A DNA stretch of 64,000 nt from a virus (Duplodnaviria; Caudoviricetes), in the IMG/VR virus record IMGVR_UViG_3300031857_000007. One strand, 5' to 3'. Shown here piece by piece: positions 27,388 through 39,354 of this stretch. Positions within the stretch are counted from its first letter, which is position 1. Every line of letters begins with the position of its first letter. The translations under genes were made by a program, and so were the position numbers. Below the pieces are notes generated by a model. It was not told where the DNA came from. It worked only from the letters and a program-made list of their open reading frames with translations, and did not search any database.

Positions 27388-30300
27388 TTATGAATTATAA
27401 TTAAAGTATCTCAATGGATTTAATCTAATTAAAATTGGATTAGTTGACAAACCAGTTGTTCCATTGTTATTGTACGAATTAAATGCTGTTGGATTAGTTC
27501 TGCTATTTGTAGAAACTTTTCCCCAACTATAATTGCCATAGTATCCTGTGTTAGCAATTCCTGTTAACCCATTATAAGAAGAAACTGAAGTTATGACTCT
27601 TGAAACATAAGTTACACCTATACCAGGTATACTTCTTGTTACATTAGAAACAGAAATAACCTCATAAACATTGTCCAGAAACTCCGTGCCAACGCCAACG
27701 ATAGATTTATCTCTCCTTAAAGAAGTTACACCATTTCCAACATTTGATTTATTTACTACGAAATAATATCCAGTAGAAATTCCACTAATTGTTATTGCTG
27801 TTCCTACAATCGAAGAATTTCTCAATATTGAATTTTGTGGAATATAGAAATCAAATGCAATAGCAGTGGAAGCAACTCCAACTACTGAAGTTGTTGCAAC
27901 ACCAACAATTCTTCCAAAATCACCCTCATATGAAACATATTCAATAATCTCTGAAATTGGTTCTGGATCTTCAATTAAAACAACAGGAGGATTTGTTGTT
28001 GTATATCCAATTCCACCATAATTTATTTGAATTGAAGTTACTACTCCCGCAGAAATAAATGCATTTGCAGAAGCTCTTAGAGTGGTGCCCAATCCGACAG
28101 GATTTGCAATAGTAACTGTTGGATTTGTTGAGTATCCAATTCCGCCACTTGTAATATTAATAGAACTTATCGTTCCTGCAATTGATACTATTGCGGTACT
28201 AGCAGCCGATACTTTTTGATCTTGTGAAGTCAATTTGACTGTGTAGTAGATTGAAGAAGATGTATTCTCCTTAGCACTATCAAAGAATGACTTAACACTT
28301 TCCACAAAAATAAATGTAGATCCTACTCCAACACTTTGTATTATATTTGTTGATGGATTTACTAAGGGTTCATACCATTCTCTGTTTTTGGAAATTTGTA
28401 TGCCGTCAATAATAACATCCTCTGTTTGTCTGCACCAGATTACAGGTCTTAAAAGATTTCTATTTGAAGAAACACCAATATTAGAATATGGGTTTGTCAA
28501 AACACTATCCGAAGAATTAACTCTTGTGACCAATCTATTTGTTTGATTTAAACTAAGATCTTCACTATAAATTCTTAACTGATCTCCAACTTTAACAGTT
28601 TCTAAAATATCAACAGAAACTACATCGACACCTTCAGTTCCCTTATAGAAAAGAATTTTAGAAGTATCTCCTGCTCTAGGTGCTTCTACAAACTTGATAA
28701 TGCTTCCACCTTCAAATATGTAGGATTGTCCTGGTGTTTGTAAAATATCATTTATAAACACTAGCAGTGTAGATTCTACATTAATGTTTGATCCTTTTTT
28801 GGATCTTATTGACTGTTGAACTCCATCAATTTTTATTGGGAAAGTATTAACTTGACCATCAAATAATTCATCTATATTATCAATAACTTGAAAACTTCCA
28901 AGAGACCAACCATTAAACTGGTCATTATAAATTCTATCGATTGATAATTCAAATGGTTGAAGATTCTTTGTTATATCTGTTGGAATGCCAGTGGATCCAC
29001 CATACTCAATAGTTAATTTTTCACCCTGACCGTATCCATACCCATTATTTTGTATCTCAAAGTCAATGATACTTGATCCTTGTCCAACTACAATACTAAT
29101 AGTTGCTCCAGTACCAAATCCAGGAGTTGAATTTGTGGAATAAACTAAAGGAATATTTGAATATGATAATGGAGAATCAAAAATTACCTTTGGTGGATTA
29201 CTTGAAGTATATCCAATTCCAGGATTTGTTATTGAGACACGAACAATATTTCCATTACTAACTGAAGCAAATCCAACATAGGTTATATTTGTAGAAGTTA
29301 ATGATTCTGTATACACACCAACATTAACAGTTGTTTGAATTCCAGATCTATATCCAGATCCACTATTTCCAATACTTATTGCTGAGATTGTTCCTGCAGA
29401 AGAAACGATTGCAGTTCCACCTGCAGCAACAAGAGGTTGATATCCAAAACCTTTAGTGGAACCAACAGAAACAATCTGTCCTCCGAATGGTAAATTTGTG
29501 CTAGTAATATCATCTGGATCATATGATCCATTAAATGTTATTGAAGTTATACCTGCATTTTCTGTTAATGTATAGTCTCCTACAATATCAACTACTCCAA
29601 GTCTTTGTGGTCCTTGGAATATTTGATTGATCAGAATTACCGCATTATCTGAAGAAATTCCTGAGATATTTTTGCCTTCTGATCTTAATGTAAATGTTGA
29701 CTTAATTCCAGTAAACCCTTCAGAAATATCGTCAAAAATATAATTTTTACTATAAGGATCACTTGTAGAATTTGTAGCGGAAGACCTCATAAAAGATCTA
29801 CCACTAAATGTTGAATGAGTAGTTATTCCTGTATAGTCTCTATCATCTGGTCTATTACTATCAGTTCCTATAGGAGATTTTCCATAAGGTGCTTTAAAGA
29901 AATTAATAGTATTTCCAACAATATTATAATCTCCTAATATCTTTTTAATTAAACTGCCAACAGTGTGAATTCCAATATTTGTACCCATCCAACCACGTTG
30001 GACTTGTACAATATTAGTACTTCCAAGTCCTACAGTATTCAATCTCATAATTTCATCATCGACCATAATTAAGTCATCGCTGAAGAATGAAGTAATTCCT
30101 GAGAATTTGACTCTATCATCAACGATTTCAACTGTTTTCGCGCATGTCGTAGTAATAGAAGAACCAACAATAGGAGATTGAATTACATTATCAATTGTCA
30201 CTAATACTCTAGAATTTTGTCTCTTAGAAGTAAATGAGTGAACAGTTCCGATACCAAGTGAATTTAATTGCAGTGGAATTGGAACAGCCTTTAAAGCATC

Positions 30301-33300
30301 TGTTGCAGAAGCAGCAACTCTTATATCTAAGTCACTTACTTTAATTGCATAAATTGATCCTGGCAATTTATTGGTTATTCCTATTCCGGGAATTGATATT
30401 GCAGTTGTAATTCCAATAGATTGAGTATTTCCAATTCCAGGAGAAGAATATTGGAGTTCTTCGCCAGTAACAAAATAATGTTCTGGAATTCTTATAGTAT
30501 TATTTGTAATATTAACAACGCTTGAATCGGTGCCGTCAAAATAACGCTTAAAGATTTCTCTACCGCTGCTAGTTAATTCAAAAGATCTTCTAACATCTCT
30601 TTCAGTACCTTCATATGATCCATAATTACTCTTTATAAATCCATTATTCAAATCAATATTATTTGTTGCTATTCCCTCATCCAATGGTTTCATTGCAACT
30701 TGGAATATTCTAACCTGTGCATTAATATTTGGATTTGGCGTAAAGTATAAATTAGTTTGATTTCCTGAAATGTCAGATCCAAAAGTTCCAAGTCCACTAT
30801 GAGTTTCTACAATTCCAAATTCTGTAATTGAGGTTGTATTGAAAACTGTCTCATCAACAACAACCAATTCTGAAATCTGATATCTACTATTGGTTGTATC
30901 TTCGACAGAAGCAATATAATATGCACCAGAATAATCACTAGAATAACTTGAAACTAAGTTTTGAGTTGGGGCAGATGTAGAAGCTATAGAGACATAATTA
31001 GAACTTAATGAAGATGTGCTCAATATTGCAGTTCCTGTACCAACAGAACCACTTGTATTTGCCGCAAAAGATATTGCCATAGTGTTTATGGTTGCAGCTA
31101 CTCCTGGATTTGGTATAAATTCTACTATTAGTCCAGGACCAGACAAATATGCATTATATGTACCCAGACCACTACTTGCATATGCATTTCTTGAGTGATT
31201 TGTAATTTGACCATATTCTAAGAGATCTACATTTGTTCCATCGTGAATAGCAGTTAGTTCATCGTATTCATATATGTCATTATTAGATTCTATTTGTACT
31301 AATATTTTTGTTGAACGATATGTAGATGCTATCGATACGATTGTTGAGGGAGTGGACGAAGAAGCATTAACATTACTGGTCGATAATCTTATAATATCTC
31401 CAAAATAAGAGGTAGAAGTTGCTGTAACGTCGTCTTTTAAATTAAATGACAGAAGACTAATATTATAGTCATTAACTGTATACTTAGAAGGATAAAATAG
31501 TAAATTGCCCTCATCGCCATTTACAGTGAAGTCAAATGATCCCAGATCTTCTAGATAACTTTCGACTCTTCCGTATTGATTTAAATACCCAAAATCATTA
31601 TCATATAGTAAAGAAACTAATAGAATTTGTCTATCCGAACTAAATCTCTTATCTCTTACATATGTAATATATTTTCTAGATCTGGAGTCATTCATTCTAA
31701 ATGTATCAACAATAGAAAATGGAGTTGATCTAGGAACACTCTTGAATGTGTCACTAAAATCATCTATCTCTAATACTCTATTTCCTATTGATTGGAGATA
31801 ATCTTGTATCTCTTTCGATGTAAAGACTATATCAGTTGAAATTATATTATTATCATTATTGATCGTTTCTTCAAAAACTAAATCATAATCGTAAATGTGA
31901 TTTAGATTAATTGTAGAAGAAAAATCGCAGATTCCATAAAAATCTCCATTATCTTGAGAGGTTTGTATGCCAACATAATCCAAATCTCTTGTTTCTATAA
32001 CAAGATCGCTAAATTTCTTGTATCCAACAACGTGATTTAAATTACTTACTGGTGTATTCCAGGTTTCATATGGTATTTCTGATTTCAATGAGTATGAAAA
32101 ATATTGATAATAGTCATTATCATGAATTTTTTGTAGACTGCTGTTTAAGAATCCAGTTTGTCTCTCCCACCCTTTAGTTACAATAGAAGAAGAATCAATT
32201 TCATAAGTTGCCTCAAAAGACTCTTTATTTGATATTAATCCTTGAGATTTTGAAGATAAACCTCTCAATACAGTATTTGTATAAAATTCTTTGTTTGTGG
32301 AAACTTTTAGAATTTCATTTTTTTGATCCCAATTTTCAACTATTCCGATTGAATCATCTGATACTACAGTCTCTCCCTTAATAAAATTATTTTTTGATAG
32401 AATTGCGTCAAACTTTGGAAAATGTTTTTCTGGGATTATCCTACCCTTTGAATTTATAGGATCATATCTTCCAGGAACTTGCCCTGATGAAATATATTCG
32501 GTAAGATCATATGTGACAGTAGCATTAATGCCTCCTATATTTGGAGATACTGCTACAACAGGGAATAATCCATAAGAGTATTGTGAGGAATTATAACCTC
32601 TTCCTGTAGATCCTAGACCAACACTAATGTTCTCAATTAGAACTTTATCTCCAACAGAGAATGGGAAGTCTGAAGCATTGCTGTAACTAACTGCAAGTCC
32701 AACAGTGACATAATTTGTCAATGGATTGTATCCAATTGACGATATTCCAACTCCATTGCAATTATTTACAGGAATAATAATTGGAGGAACGTTACTAATT
32801 CCTGTTGTATTTTTGAGAATAGTAACTTCTGTATCACCTACTTTATAGAACAAATCAACATCATCAACAATTTTTCTAGTTAATCCGTCTATTACCAAAA
32901 GGTCTGGTGAAACTGCATAATTTATACCAGCAGAAGTTATACCAATCTTTTCAAAAGAAGTTAAAGTTGAAATTTTTAATATTTCTGGTAGTTTTGCTAA
33001 CGGTCTAATTGTAGTATCAGCATAATAATCATAACCAATATCATTTATTATTGACGTTTTAACTTGCCCAATACTTGAACTGTATGGCAAGAGGACAGCT
33101 CCAGTTCCCTTTTCACTTACAATGGTAGAAATTCCTGGAAGTTTTTCGTACTGAGATCCAGTAGTATCAACATCTAGTGCATAAATTTCACCATATGAAG
33201 TTTTTGAGTCAGTATAATATTCAAATAATCCTTCATTTTTTCTGTAAATATTTTTTTCAGGAACAGTTGGCATACTAAAACTAAATGTAGTAGATCCAAT

Positions 33301-36300
33301 TCCCGAAATTTTATATGTTCCAGTATATTCACTTTCATATCGATATATTGTATTTCCCTCTTTAATATATTCTGCATCAATTATTATCTGTGATTTTTCT
33401 ACTGGGATATTGTCAATATTTACAACATCCAATTTGTAATATATTGTCTGCGGGAAATTTTGTGTTGCATTAATTTTTACGTTAGCTGTTGGATCAATAC
33501 CAACAACTCCTTCCCTATAAATTTCAAATTCGTTGGATAACTGAGAAGTTTCAAATTTATTTTTGAAATTTTTATCTAGATAGAAATTCAGTTCAAACGC
33601 AGGATATAAAGTAGAATTTTTGCTATAAGAAAGAGAAGAATCTGACAAATCAAAAATAACAGAAGATCCTTTTAAAATTGCCAATTCTGGGTTTATTGGC
33701 GATAATGTTCCAAAAGAGGAGCTTCCAATACTTACTATTGAAGGTTTTGAAGATACTGATTCATAATAATTTTCGGATAGTTTAATTTTGTTTTCATCTA
33801 AAACTACTGCATAATAAATTTGCTCATTAGTTAATCCTGTACATGGAGAAGTAGATGTATGAATTATCTTTTGTCCATTATTATATCCATGATTATTAAT
33901 TGTAATAATATCATTGACAATATCAACATCCGAAGAAACAAAAGATCTTGGATTTACTATCAGTCTTCTATTGTAATCATTATACTTGACTACAATAGTT
34001 GTTGATATTCCTGGAGAAGAATTGATATAAACTGAGTCTTTTATGTTTAAACCGTGCGTTGACGCAGTAGAAATGGTGACAATATTTTTAATTCCAGAAC
34101 CAATAACAACGTTGTCATAATTTGTTCTAAAGCTATGTATTGTTCCAGTACCTATGCCAGTAAAGTATAAAATACTTGTAGGTTTGCTGCTATCAATACC
34201 AACATAAGTTCCTGTTGACCCAACACCAACTTTAAGAGTTGATATTCCTATTAAATCATTATTAATCCTTACAGAATAAACTATTTGATTATCTAATAGT
34301 TGGAAACTAGAAGATCCATTTGTTGAAACGGATACTGGTGTTCCTCCGTTAGAAAAATAGACTAGTCTATCTCCAGTTTCCAATCCATGATTCTCATAGT
34401 AAATTGACCTTACTGGAATAGTTACAGTAGAACTTCCACTACCTGGATTTGAAATGTATGCAGTATATGTTCCAGTTATACCAATTCCAAGCGATTCTGA
34501 AGGATTAAAATAAATTTCCCTGTTTACTCTATACTGGTTAGAAGTATTATAACCAACATTAATGGTAAACTTTCTTGAATTTTCGTATAGGGGCGTTAAA
34601 GATGTATGTGCAGATCCGACAGTATTATCATACTGCCTTAATACTTTAATTCTTGAAGATTTTATATCGACGGACAATACTTTTACTTTTTCGGTACCTA
34701 TTCCTAATACATCATTTTCTCTAATATTTGGATAAATTAGAGATCCTGAAATATTAAAATATGTAACAATACCAGTTGCAGCTGCACTTCCAATTCCAGA
34801 TATTAATTTAAATGTTTCCGATCTAACACCAACTTCATATAAATTTTTTAAACTTGTAGTAGTTGTATTGATTCCTGTTATATAAACATAATCAGAATTT
34901 TTAAATCCATGGGGCAAACTTGAGAATCCTATGAAACTACCTAACGTTAGATATGGAGAAAACTCTATATTTTCAATTTTATTAGTAGAGCATGATATTT
35001 CTTGGATTTCATTTCCTTTAACCAAAGAAACTCTGGCTGAAGCTCCTCTTCCACCAGTTTCTGTGTTATCAAATACTACCAAATCTCCAACGTTATAATT
35101 GATTCCTCCACTAACAATTCCTACAGATTCTACCGCACCTTTAGTTGCAAACTTAATTTTGGAAGTTTGATTTTGTATATTTGAAGGTTTTATTAAATAA
35201 TCATAAAAAGTGTTTTCATTTGTAAGTCCATATGGTGTTGTATTTCTAAACCAATATGTTCCACTTAAATCTATACTATCTTGATTAGCATATCTTGTAA
35301 AATTATATTCTATTGGTTTGGATCTAAATTTATTTCCTATTAGATATGGGAATTCGGGTTTTTTGTAGTTTTTAAATACTCCAGAAGATTCTACAGTATC
35401 AGAATTGATCGTAGAGAAATATGCATAAACACCATTGGGATATTCGGGAGTTATACACCATCTTCCATTATATTCGTCCAAATCTCCTTTTGCTTTAAAT
35501 TCATAATCCTGAACAAAGAATCCTTTTGGATATAAATCTAAACTTGGTCTAGTAGTGGGCAAATTCTGTATTATTTCATATCCAGATATCATTTGCTTAA
35601 CTGTTCCAGATCTAGATCCAACTTTAGTAAATCCATAAGGACCATAAATTGGATTTCCGTCATATGCCCACCCAATAATTGGTGAGTGAGATGAAGATTT
35701 AACTTCCTTATCATTAATCAGAATTAAATCTGGTGTATAATTTAAATTGCCATCAACAAATCTTGAAGACAATAATGTTTTTCTTAAGCTTCTTGGTGAA
35801 TATATGTGAGTATATTGTAATCCATAGTCACTATTAAGACCAGAATCTACTATCCCGTCATCATTTGAGATTTTATTATTTTGGTATAATTTTTCAAATA
35901 AATTAATTGTCCATTCTTTAATCTTTGCCTCAAATTTTGCTTCTTGCCCTCTAGACAATACAATCGCTGTTGTATTTGAAGTATTAAATCCAACTCCACC
36001 ATTAATTACTTTCACTTCTGTTAATTTTCCATCATTAATTATTGGAGTCATTAAAGAAGAATAACCGTCTCCATAATAAATTATTTCTGGAGTCGAATTA
36101 TAATTTGCGCCAGAATTATTGACTAAGACATCAACAATTTTTCCATTTGAAACAATTGGTGTTATTTCCGCACCATCGCCATTAACAAGAGTAATTTGGG
36201 GTTGTCTATTATATCCAATAATATCGGAACAACCATATCCAACTCCACCAGAATCTAAGAAAACTGATTTAATTTCCCCTAAAATAATAGGTCTAATTTT

Positions 36301-39300
36301 AGCATTAAAATCTTGTCCAGATTTTGTAGAAACTCCTATCACACCATTGATTAAAATTTCAATAGGTGGGTAGTTAAAGTAATGATTATCATCATTATTT
36401 GATGTCAAATTGACAAATTGATTTGTTTCATAGAAATATCTAGATAATGTACTTCCAATTCCCACTTCAGATAACTTAAATTTATCATCGTCAATTTTAG
36501 ATACAAAGTATTTTTTAGAAGTTGATAATCCACCAATAGGGTTTATTGACTCATAAGTTATGATATCTCCCTCATTATACCCATGATTTTTTGCAGAAAT
36601 TTCATTTGAATATGTGTTGATTCCAGATCTAGTAACTGATATTTTTCTATTGGTAAAATTATATCCAGCGTTTAAAATATTAATAAATCCAATTCTATTT
36701 TTTGGTGAATATGATCTGAATCTATGATTACCAATACCATATGATGTCAAATTGACAGTATTAATTCCGATAATGGCATCATTTTGAGTTTTATGTAATT
36801 TGACTGTATATGCGTCCTCTACATAAACATAATATTGAGAATCTGTAGTCAATCCGCCAACAGATTGCTGCTTATCTGTTCTGTAAATAACCCTTTCAGA
36901 ATCTCTAAATTTATGATAAGTTGAAAATGCTATAGTATTATTTGACAAGTCTACCATGTTGGCATTTGATGATGAATTAAAATCAACATAATGCTCAAAT
37001 GAAGTTAAAGTTGCTTTGGCAGTTGCTTCCTGCCCATTTAAACCGCTAATAGTTATAATTGGTTCTGATATATAATCAAACCCAGGATCTATAATATCAA
37101 TTCTTTCTAAGGTTCCGACAACTGAACAAAATCCAGTTGCGCCAACACCAATTTTATCTGTTATTTGTAAAATTGGGGGATTTACTACATCATAATCGTA
37201 TCCTCCACCAGAGACGATAATTTCTTCTAGTTCTCCATAAAAAATACTATCAGAAGATTTGTAATTTAATACTTCAACACCATTAACTAAAATTCCAATT
37301 GCTCCAGGCAAAGTTTCGTAAATATTGCCATCGTCTTCGGGATCTGATATTTTTCTTATAATTTTTTGAGGTTCAACTTTCTGTGAATTGAATTTGTAAT
37401 ATTCAAACTTATTGTTTACGACAGTTCCATTAACACTTACAAATTTATTATTGTCTATATTAGATCTACTTTTGGATAACTTTATTGTATCCTCATCAAT
37501 TTTTTTGACATAATATATGCCATTAAGAATATCCAATCTATTATTCTCGTCAGACTCATTATACCAGATTGCTTCTCCGGTATAAAATCCATGTCTAACA
37601 ATTCTTAATTCTTCTCCAGAAAAAGAACCAGAAAAAGTAACTGATAGATCATTAATGTTGAGTGGTTCTTCATGATAAGTTGGTAATGATGGGGAAGTTA
37701 CAAATGTAGAATCCAAATCCGTATATACATTTTGTATATTTGTAGTATAGAGACTTAGTTCTGGTTGATTTGTTGAATTTACTCTTGAAAGAGATTTTTT
37801 TACATTAACTATTAAATTAGTTGGTGGTATTAACCCTTGCCCTTTAATTATGCAAGAATTTCTATTTTCTATCGAATAAATTGTTGTTTTTATGATAGAA
37901 CCATCAGTCAACAATAATTCTAGAATGTCCCCAATGTTGAAAATATTTTGATCTATTGTTGCCAATCTATAAGTATAATCTGTAGAATCGATAAGATCTA
38001 AAGATTTTATTGTATAACTTGGGCATATATTAAAGATCCAATTATTATCTCTAAACTTTTTAGAGTCATATCCTAAAGTTTTAATTCTTACGGTATCATT
38101 TTTTGCAAAATAATAAGTGTTATCAATGATATCTAAATCAGAAAGGACCCCTGTTACTCTAAACTTTATTATTTGGTTATTTTTTCCATATCCATAAGCA
38201 TATGCGTCCACATTTAAGTCGGATCCTGCAGGAATATTTTGATCTATTCCATAGCAATTATACAGCTGAGTTAAACTTTTACCAGAGTATCCAATAGAAA
38301 CTGTAGTTCCATTGTCCAATTTGGTATATAAAATTGCTTCAGTGGGAAATGATACTGTAGAATCTACATCAATAAATGTGGCTCCTATTGAAACATTATT
38401 GAGTATTTTTGTTCTTGGGTGTATCGAAAATTCTCCAAATATAGATCCATTGAGTCCAATATCTTTTTGGTAATCATAATCAAGACTAAGAACATAATAT
38501 TCTTTTCCATCTCTTAAAATCTTTTCTATATTATTGACAACACCATTTGCTCCATTGTAAAGATCACCTTGTTCCTGATATATCGTTCTATTCAATAGTT
38601 CGCTTAGATCTTCGCCTTCTAGAGACTCTACAACTAAATTTCTAACTACTCTATACTGAGCATTTGAAGGCTCAATTAAATAATCTTTTGGTTTTATTAC
38701 TTCAACGTCTACTCCATATAGGGCTTTGAATAAAATTTTGTACGATTGATCAGTTCCTTTTGAAGTATAAAAATCTTTTGAATTTGTAATGAAAAGTTCT
38801 TCGTTTAAATTCTCATAAAATTCTCTACCTTCAAATCCAGGAACAACTTGTTTTTTTATTTTGTTGAAAAAGTCTTTAAGAAATCTTATACTTAAATTAC
38901 TTACTGTAGATCCACTAGCATGTGTTGCTATTCCTGATTGAGAGAATATAAGTTGATCTAAATTAGTATTTCCTTGATATGTTGTAATACCACTAAATCC
39001 TCTAGCGCACCCAACAAATTGATTTGTTGTTATTCCAGTATAGGTAATTATTTCAGAATCAATTTGAATCAATCCATAACTATCAGGAAATCCATATGTG
39101 GATTCTACCTCAATAACATCTCCCAAAGAATCGATGTCATTAATTAGAACAGTAGAATCTGTAAGATTGGTTAAATTTTCCAATTTTACATATTGATCTA
39201 TGTTCTGAAGTATATCAGATACTCCTCCCTTAGCATCGAGTGATTTATAATACTGAGATAGAAATTCCGCGACAAGAGGATACTCATCGCGTACAAATAA

Positions 39301-39351
39301 TGGAAGTTGATTTTCAACAATAGAGTTGATTTTGATTCTTGTATCTGCCAT
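27388..39351 (-). CDS. gp7: Baseplate wedge initiator gp7-like giant protein (3987 aa)
   Basis: Lies between gp6 and gp8; N-terminal VENQLPLFVRDEYPLVAEFLSQYY and FYTSKGTDQSYKILFKALYG; YHYH-like HSPIIGWAYDGNPIYGPYG..GDLDEYNGR; IHDNDYYQYFSYSLKS..HVVGYKKFSDL. Confidence 0.85.
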   Translation of the reverse strand: MADTRIKINSIVENQLPLFVRDEYPLVAEFLSQYYKSLDAKGGVSDILQNIDQYVKLENLTNLTDSTVLINDIDSLGDVIEVESTYGFPDSYGLIQIDSEIITYTGITTNQFVGCARGFSGITTYQGNTNLDQLIFSQSGIATHASGSTVSNLSIRFLKDFFNKIKKQVVPGFEGREFYENLNEELFITNSKDFYTSKGTDQSYKILFKALYGVDVEVIKPKDYLIEPSNAQYRVVRNLVVESLEGEDLSELLNRTIYQEQGDLYNGANGVVNNIEKILRDGKEYYVLSLDYDYQKDIGLNGSIFGEFSIHPRTKILNNVSIGATFIDVDSTVSFPTEAILYTKLDNGTTVSIGYSGKSLTQLYNCYGIDQNIPAGSDLNVDAYAYGYGKNNQIIKFRVTGVLSDLDIIDNTYYFAKNDTVRIKTLGYDSKKFRDNNWIFNICPSYTIKSLDLIDSTDYTYRLATIDQNIFNIGDILELLLTDGSIIKTTIYSIENRNSCIIKGQGLIPPTNLIVNVKKSLSRVNSTNQPELSLYTTNIQNVYTDLDSTFVTSPSLPTYHEEPLNINDLSVTFSGSFSGEELRIVRHGFYTGEAIWYNESDENNRLDILNGIYYVKKIDEDTIKLSKSRSNIDNNKFVSVNGTVVNNKFEYYKFNSQKVEPQKIIRKISDPEDDGNIYETLPGAIGILVNGVEVLNYKSSDSIFYGELEEIIVSGGGYDYDVVNPPILQITDKIGVGATGFCSVVGTLERIDIIDPGFDYISEPIITISGLNGQEATAKATLTSFEHYVDFNSSSNANMVDLSNNTIAFSTYHKFRDSERVIYRTDKQQSVGGLTTDSQYYVYVEDAYTVKLHKTQNDAIIGINTVNLTSYGIGNHRFRSYSPKNRIGFINILNAGYNFTNRKISVTRSGINTYSNEISAKNHGYNEGDIITYESINPIGGLSTSKKYFVSKIDDDKFKLSEVGIGSTLSRYFYETNQFVNLTSNNDDNHYFNYPPIEILINGVIGVSTKSGQDFNAKIRPIILGEIKSVFLDSGGVGYGCSDIIGYNRQPQITLVNGDGAEITPIVSNGKIVDVLVNNSGANYNSTPEIIYYGDGYSSLMTPIINDGKLTEVKVINGGVGFNTSNTTAIVLSRGQEAKFEAKIKEWTINLFEKLYQNNKISNDDGIVDSGLNSDYGLQYTHIYSPRSLRKTLLSSRFVDGNLNYTPDLILINDKEVKSSSHSPIIGWAYDGNPIYGPYGFTKVGSRSGTVKQMISGYEIIQNLPTTRPSLDLYPKGFFVQDYEFKAKGDLDEYNGRWCITPEYPNGVYAYFSTINSDTVESSGVFKNYKKPEFPYLIGNKFRSKPIEYNFTRYANQDSIDLSGTYWFRNTTPYGLTNENTFYDYLIKPSNIQNQTSKIKFATKGAVESVGIVSGGINYNVGDLVVFDNTETGGRGASARVSLVKGNEIQEISCSTNKIENIEFSPYLTLGSFIGFSSLPHGFKNSDYVYITGINTTTTSLKNLYEVGVRSETFKLISGIGSAAATGIVTYFNISGSLIYPNIRENDVLGIGTEKVKVLSVDIKSSRIKVLRQYDNTVGSAHTSLTPLYENSRKFTINVGYNTSNQYRVNREIYFNPSESLGIGITGTYTAYISNPGSGSSTVTIPVRSIYYENHGLETGDRLVYFSNGGTPVSVSTNGSSSFQLLDNQIVYSVRINNDLIGISTLKVGVGSTGTYVGIDSSKPTSILYFTGIGTGTIHSFRTNYDNVVIGSGIKNIVTISTASTHGLNIKDSVYINSSPGISTTIVVKYNDYNRRLIVNPRSFVSSDVDIVNDIITINNHGYNNGQKIIHTSTSPCTGLTNEQIYYAVVLDENKIKLSENYYESVSSKPSIVSIGSSSFGTLSPINPELAILKGSSVIFDLSDSSLSYSKNSTLYPAFELNFYLDKNFKNKFETSQLSNEFEIYREGVVGIDPTANVKINATQNFPQTIYYKLDVVNIDNIPVEKSQIIIDAEYIKEGNTIYRYESEYTGTYKISGIGSTTFSFSMPTVPEKNIYRKNEGLFEYYTDSKTSYGEIYALDVDTTGSQYEKLPGISTIVSEKGTGAVLLPYSSSIGQVKTSIINDIGYDYYADTTIRPLAKLPEILKISTLTSFEKIGITSAGINYAVSPDLLVIDGLTRKIVDDVDLFYKVGDTEVTILKNTTGISNVPPIIIPVNNCNGVGISSIGYNPLTNYVTVGLAVSYSNASDFPFSVGDKVLIENISVGLGSTGRGYNSSQYSYGLFPVVAVSPNIGGINATVTYDLTEYISSGQVPGRYDPINSKGRIIPEKHFPKFDAILSKNNFIKGETVVSDDSIGIVENWDQKNEILKVSTNKEFYTNTVLRGLSSKSQGLISNKESFEATYEIDSSSIVTKGWERQTGFLNSSLQKIHDNDYYQYFSYSLKSEIPYETWNTPVSNLNHVVGYKKFSDLVIETRDLDYVGIQTSQDNGDFYGICDFSSTINLNHIYDYDLVFEETINNDNNIISTDIVFTSKEIQDYLQSIGNRVLEIDDFSDTFKSVPRSTPFSIVDTFRMNDSRSRKYITYVRDKRFSSDRQILLVSLLYDNDFGYLNQYGRVESYLEDLGSFDFTVNGDEGNLLFYPSKYTVNDYNISLLSFNLKDDVTATSTSYFGDIIRLSTSNVNASSSTPSTIVSIASTYRSTKILVQIESNNDIYEYDELTAIHDGTNVDLLEYGQITNHSRNAYASSGLGTYNAYLSGPGLIVEFIPNPGVAATINTMAISFAANTSGSVGTGTAILSTSSLSSNYVSIASTSAPTQNLVSSYSSDYSGAYYIASVEDTTNSRYQISELVVVDETVFNTTSITEFGIVETHSGLGTFGSDISGNQTNLYFTPNPNINAQVRIFQVAMKPLDEGIATNNIDLNNGFIKSNYGSYEGTERDVRRSFELTSSGREIFKRYFDGTDSSVVNITNNTIRIPEHYFVTGEELQYSSPGIGNTQSIGITTAISIPGIGITNKLPGSIYAIKVSDLDIRVAASATDALKAVPIPLQLNSLGIGTVHSFTSKRQNSRVLVTIDNVIQSPIVGSSITTTCAKTVEIVDDRVKFSGITSFFSDDLIMVDDEIMRLNTVGLGSTNIVQVQRGWMGTNIGIHTVGSLIKKILGDYNIVGNTINFFKAPYGKSPIGTDSNRPDDRDYTGITTHSTFSGRSFMRSSATNSTSDPYSKNYIFDDISEGFTGIKSTFTLRSEGKNISGISSDNAVILINQIFQGPQRLGVVDIVGDYTLTENAGITSITFNGSYDPDDITSTNLPFGGQIVSVGSTKGFGYQPLVAAGGTAIVSSAGTISAISIGNSGSGYRSGIQTTVNVGVYTESLTSTNITYVGFASVSNGNIVRVSITNPGIGYTSSNPPKVIFDSPLSYSNIPLVYSTNSTPGFGTGATISIVVGQGSSIIDFEIQNNGYGYGQGEKLTIEYGGSTGIPTDITKNLQPFELSIDRIYNDQFNGWSLGSFQVIDNIDELFDGQVNTFPIKIDGVQQSIRSKKGSNINVESTLLVFINDILQTPGQSYIFEGGSIIKFVEAPRAGDTSKILFYKGTEGVDVVSVDILETVKVGDQLRIYSEDLSLNQTNRLVTRVNSSDSVLTNPYSNIGVSSNRNLLRPVIWCRQTEDVIIDGIQISKNREWYEPLVNPSTNIIQSVGVGSTFIFVESVKSFFDSAKENTSSSIYYTVKLTSQDQKVSAASTAIVSIAGTISSINITSGGIGYSTNPTVTIANPVGLGTTLRASANAFISAGVVTSIQINYGGIGYTTTNPPVVLIEDPEPISEIIEYVSYEGDFGRIVGVATTSVVGVASTAIAFDFYIPQNSILRNSSIVGTAITISGISTGYYFVVNKSNVGNGVTSLRRDKSIVGVGTEFLDNVYEVISVSNVTRSIPGIGVTYVSRVITSVSSYNGLTGIANTGYYGNYSWGKVSTNSRTNPTAFNSYNNNGTTGLSTNPILIRLNPLRYFNYNS

Positions 39352-39354
39352 TTC

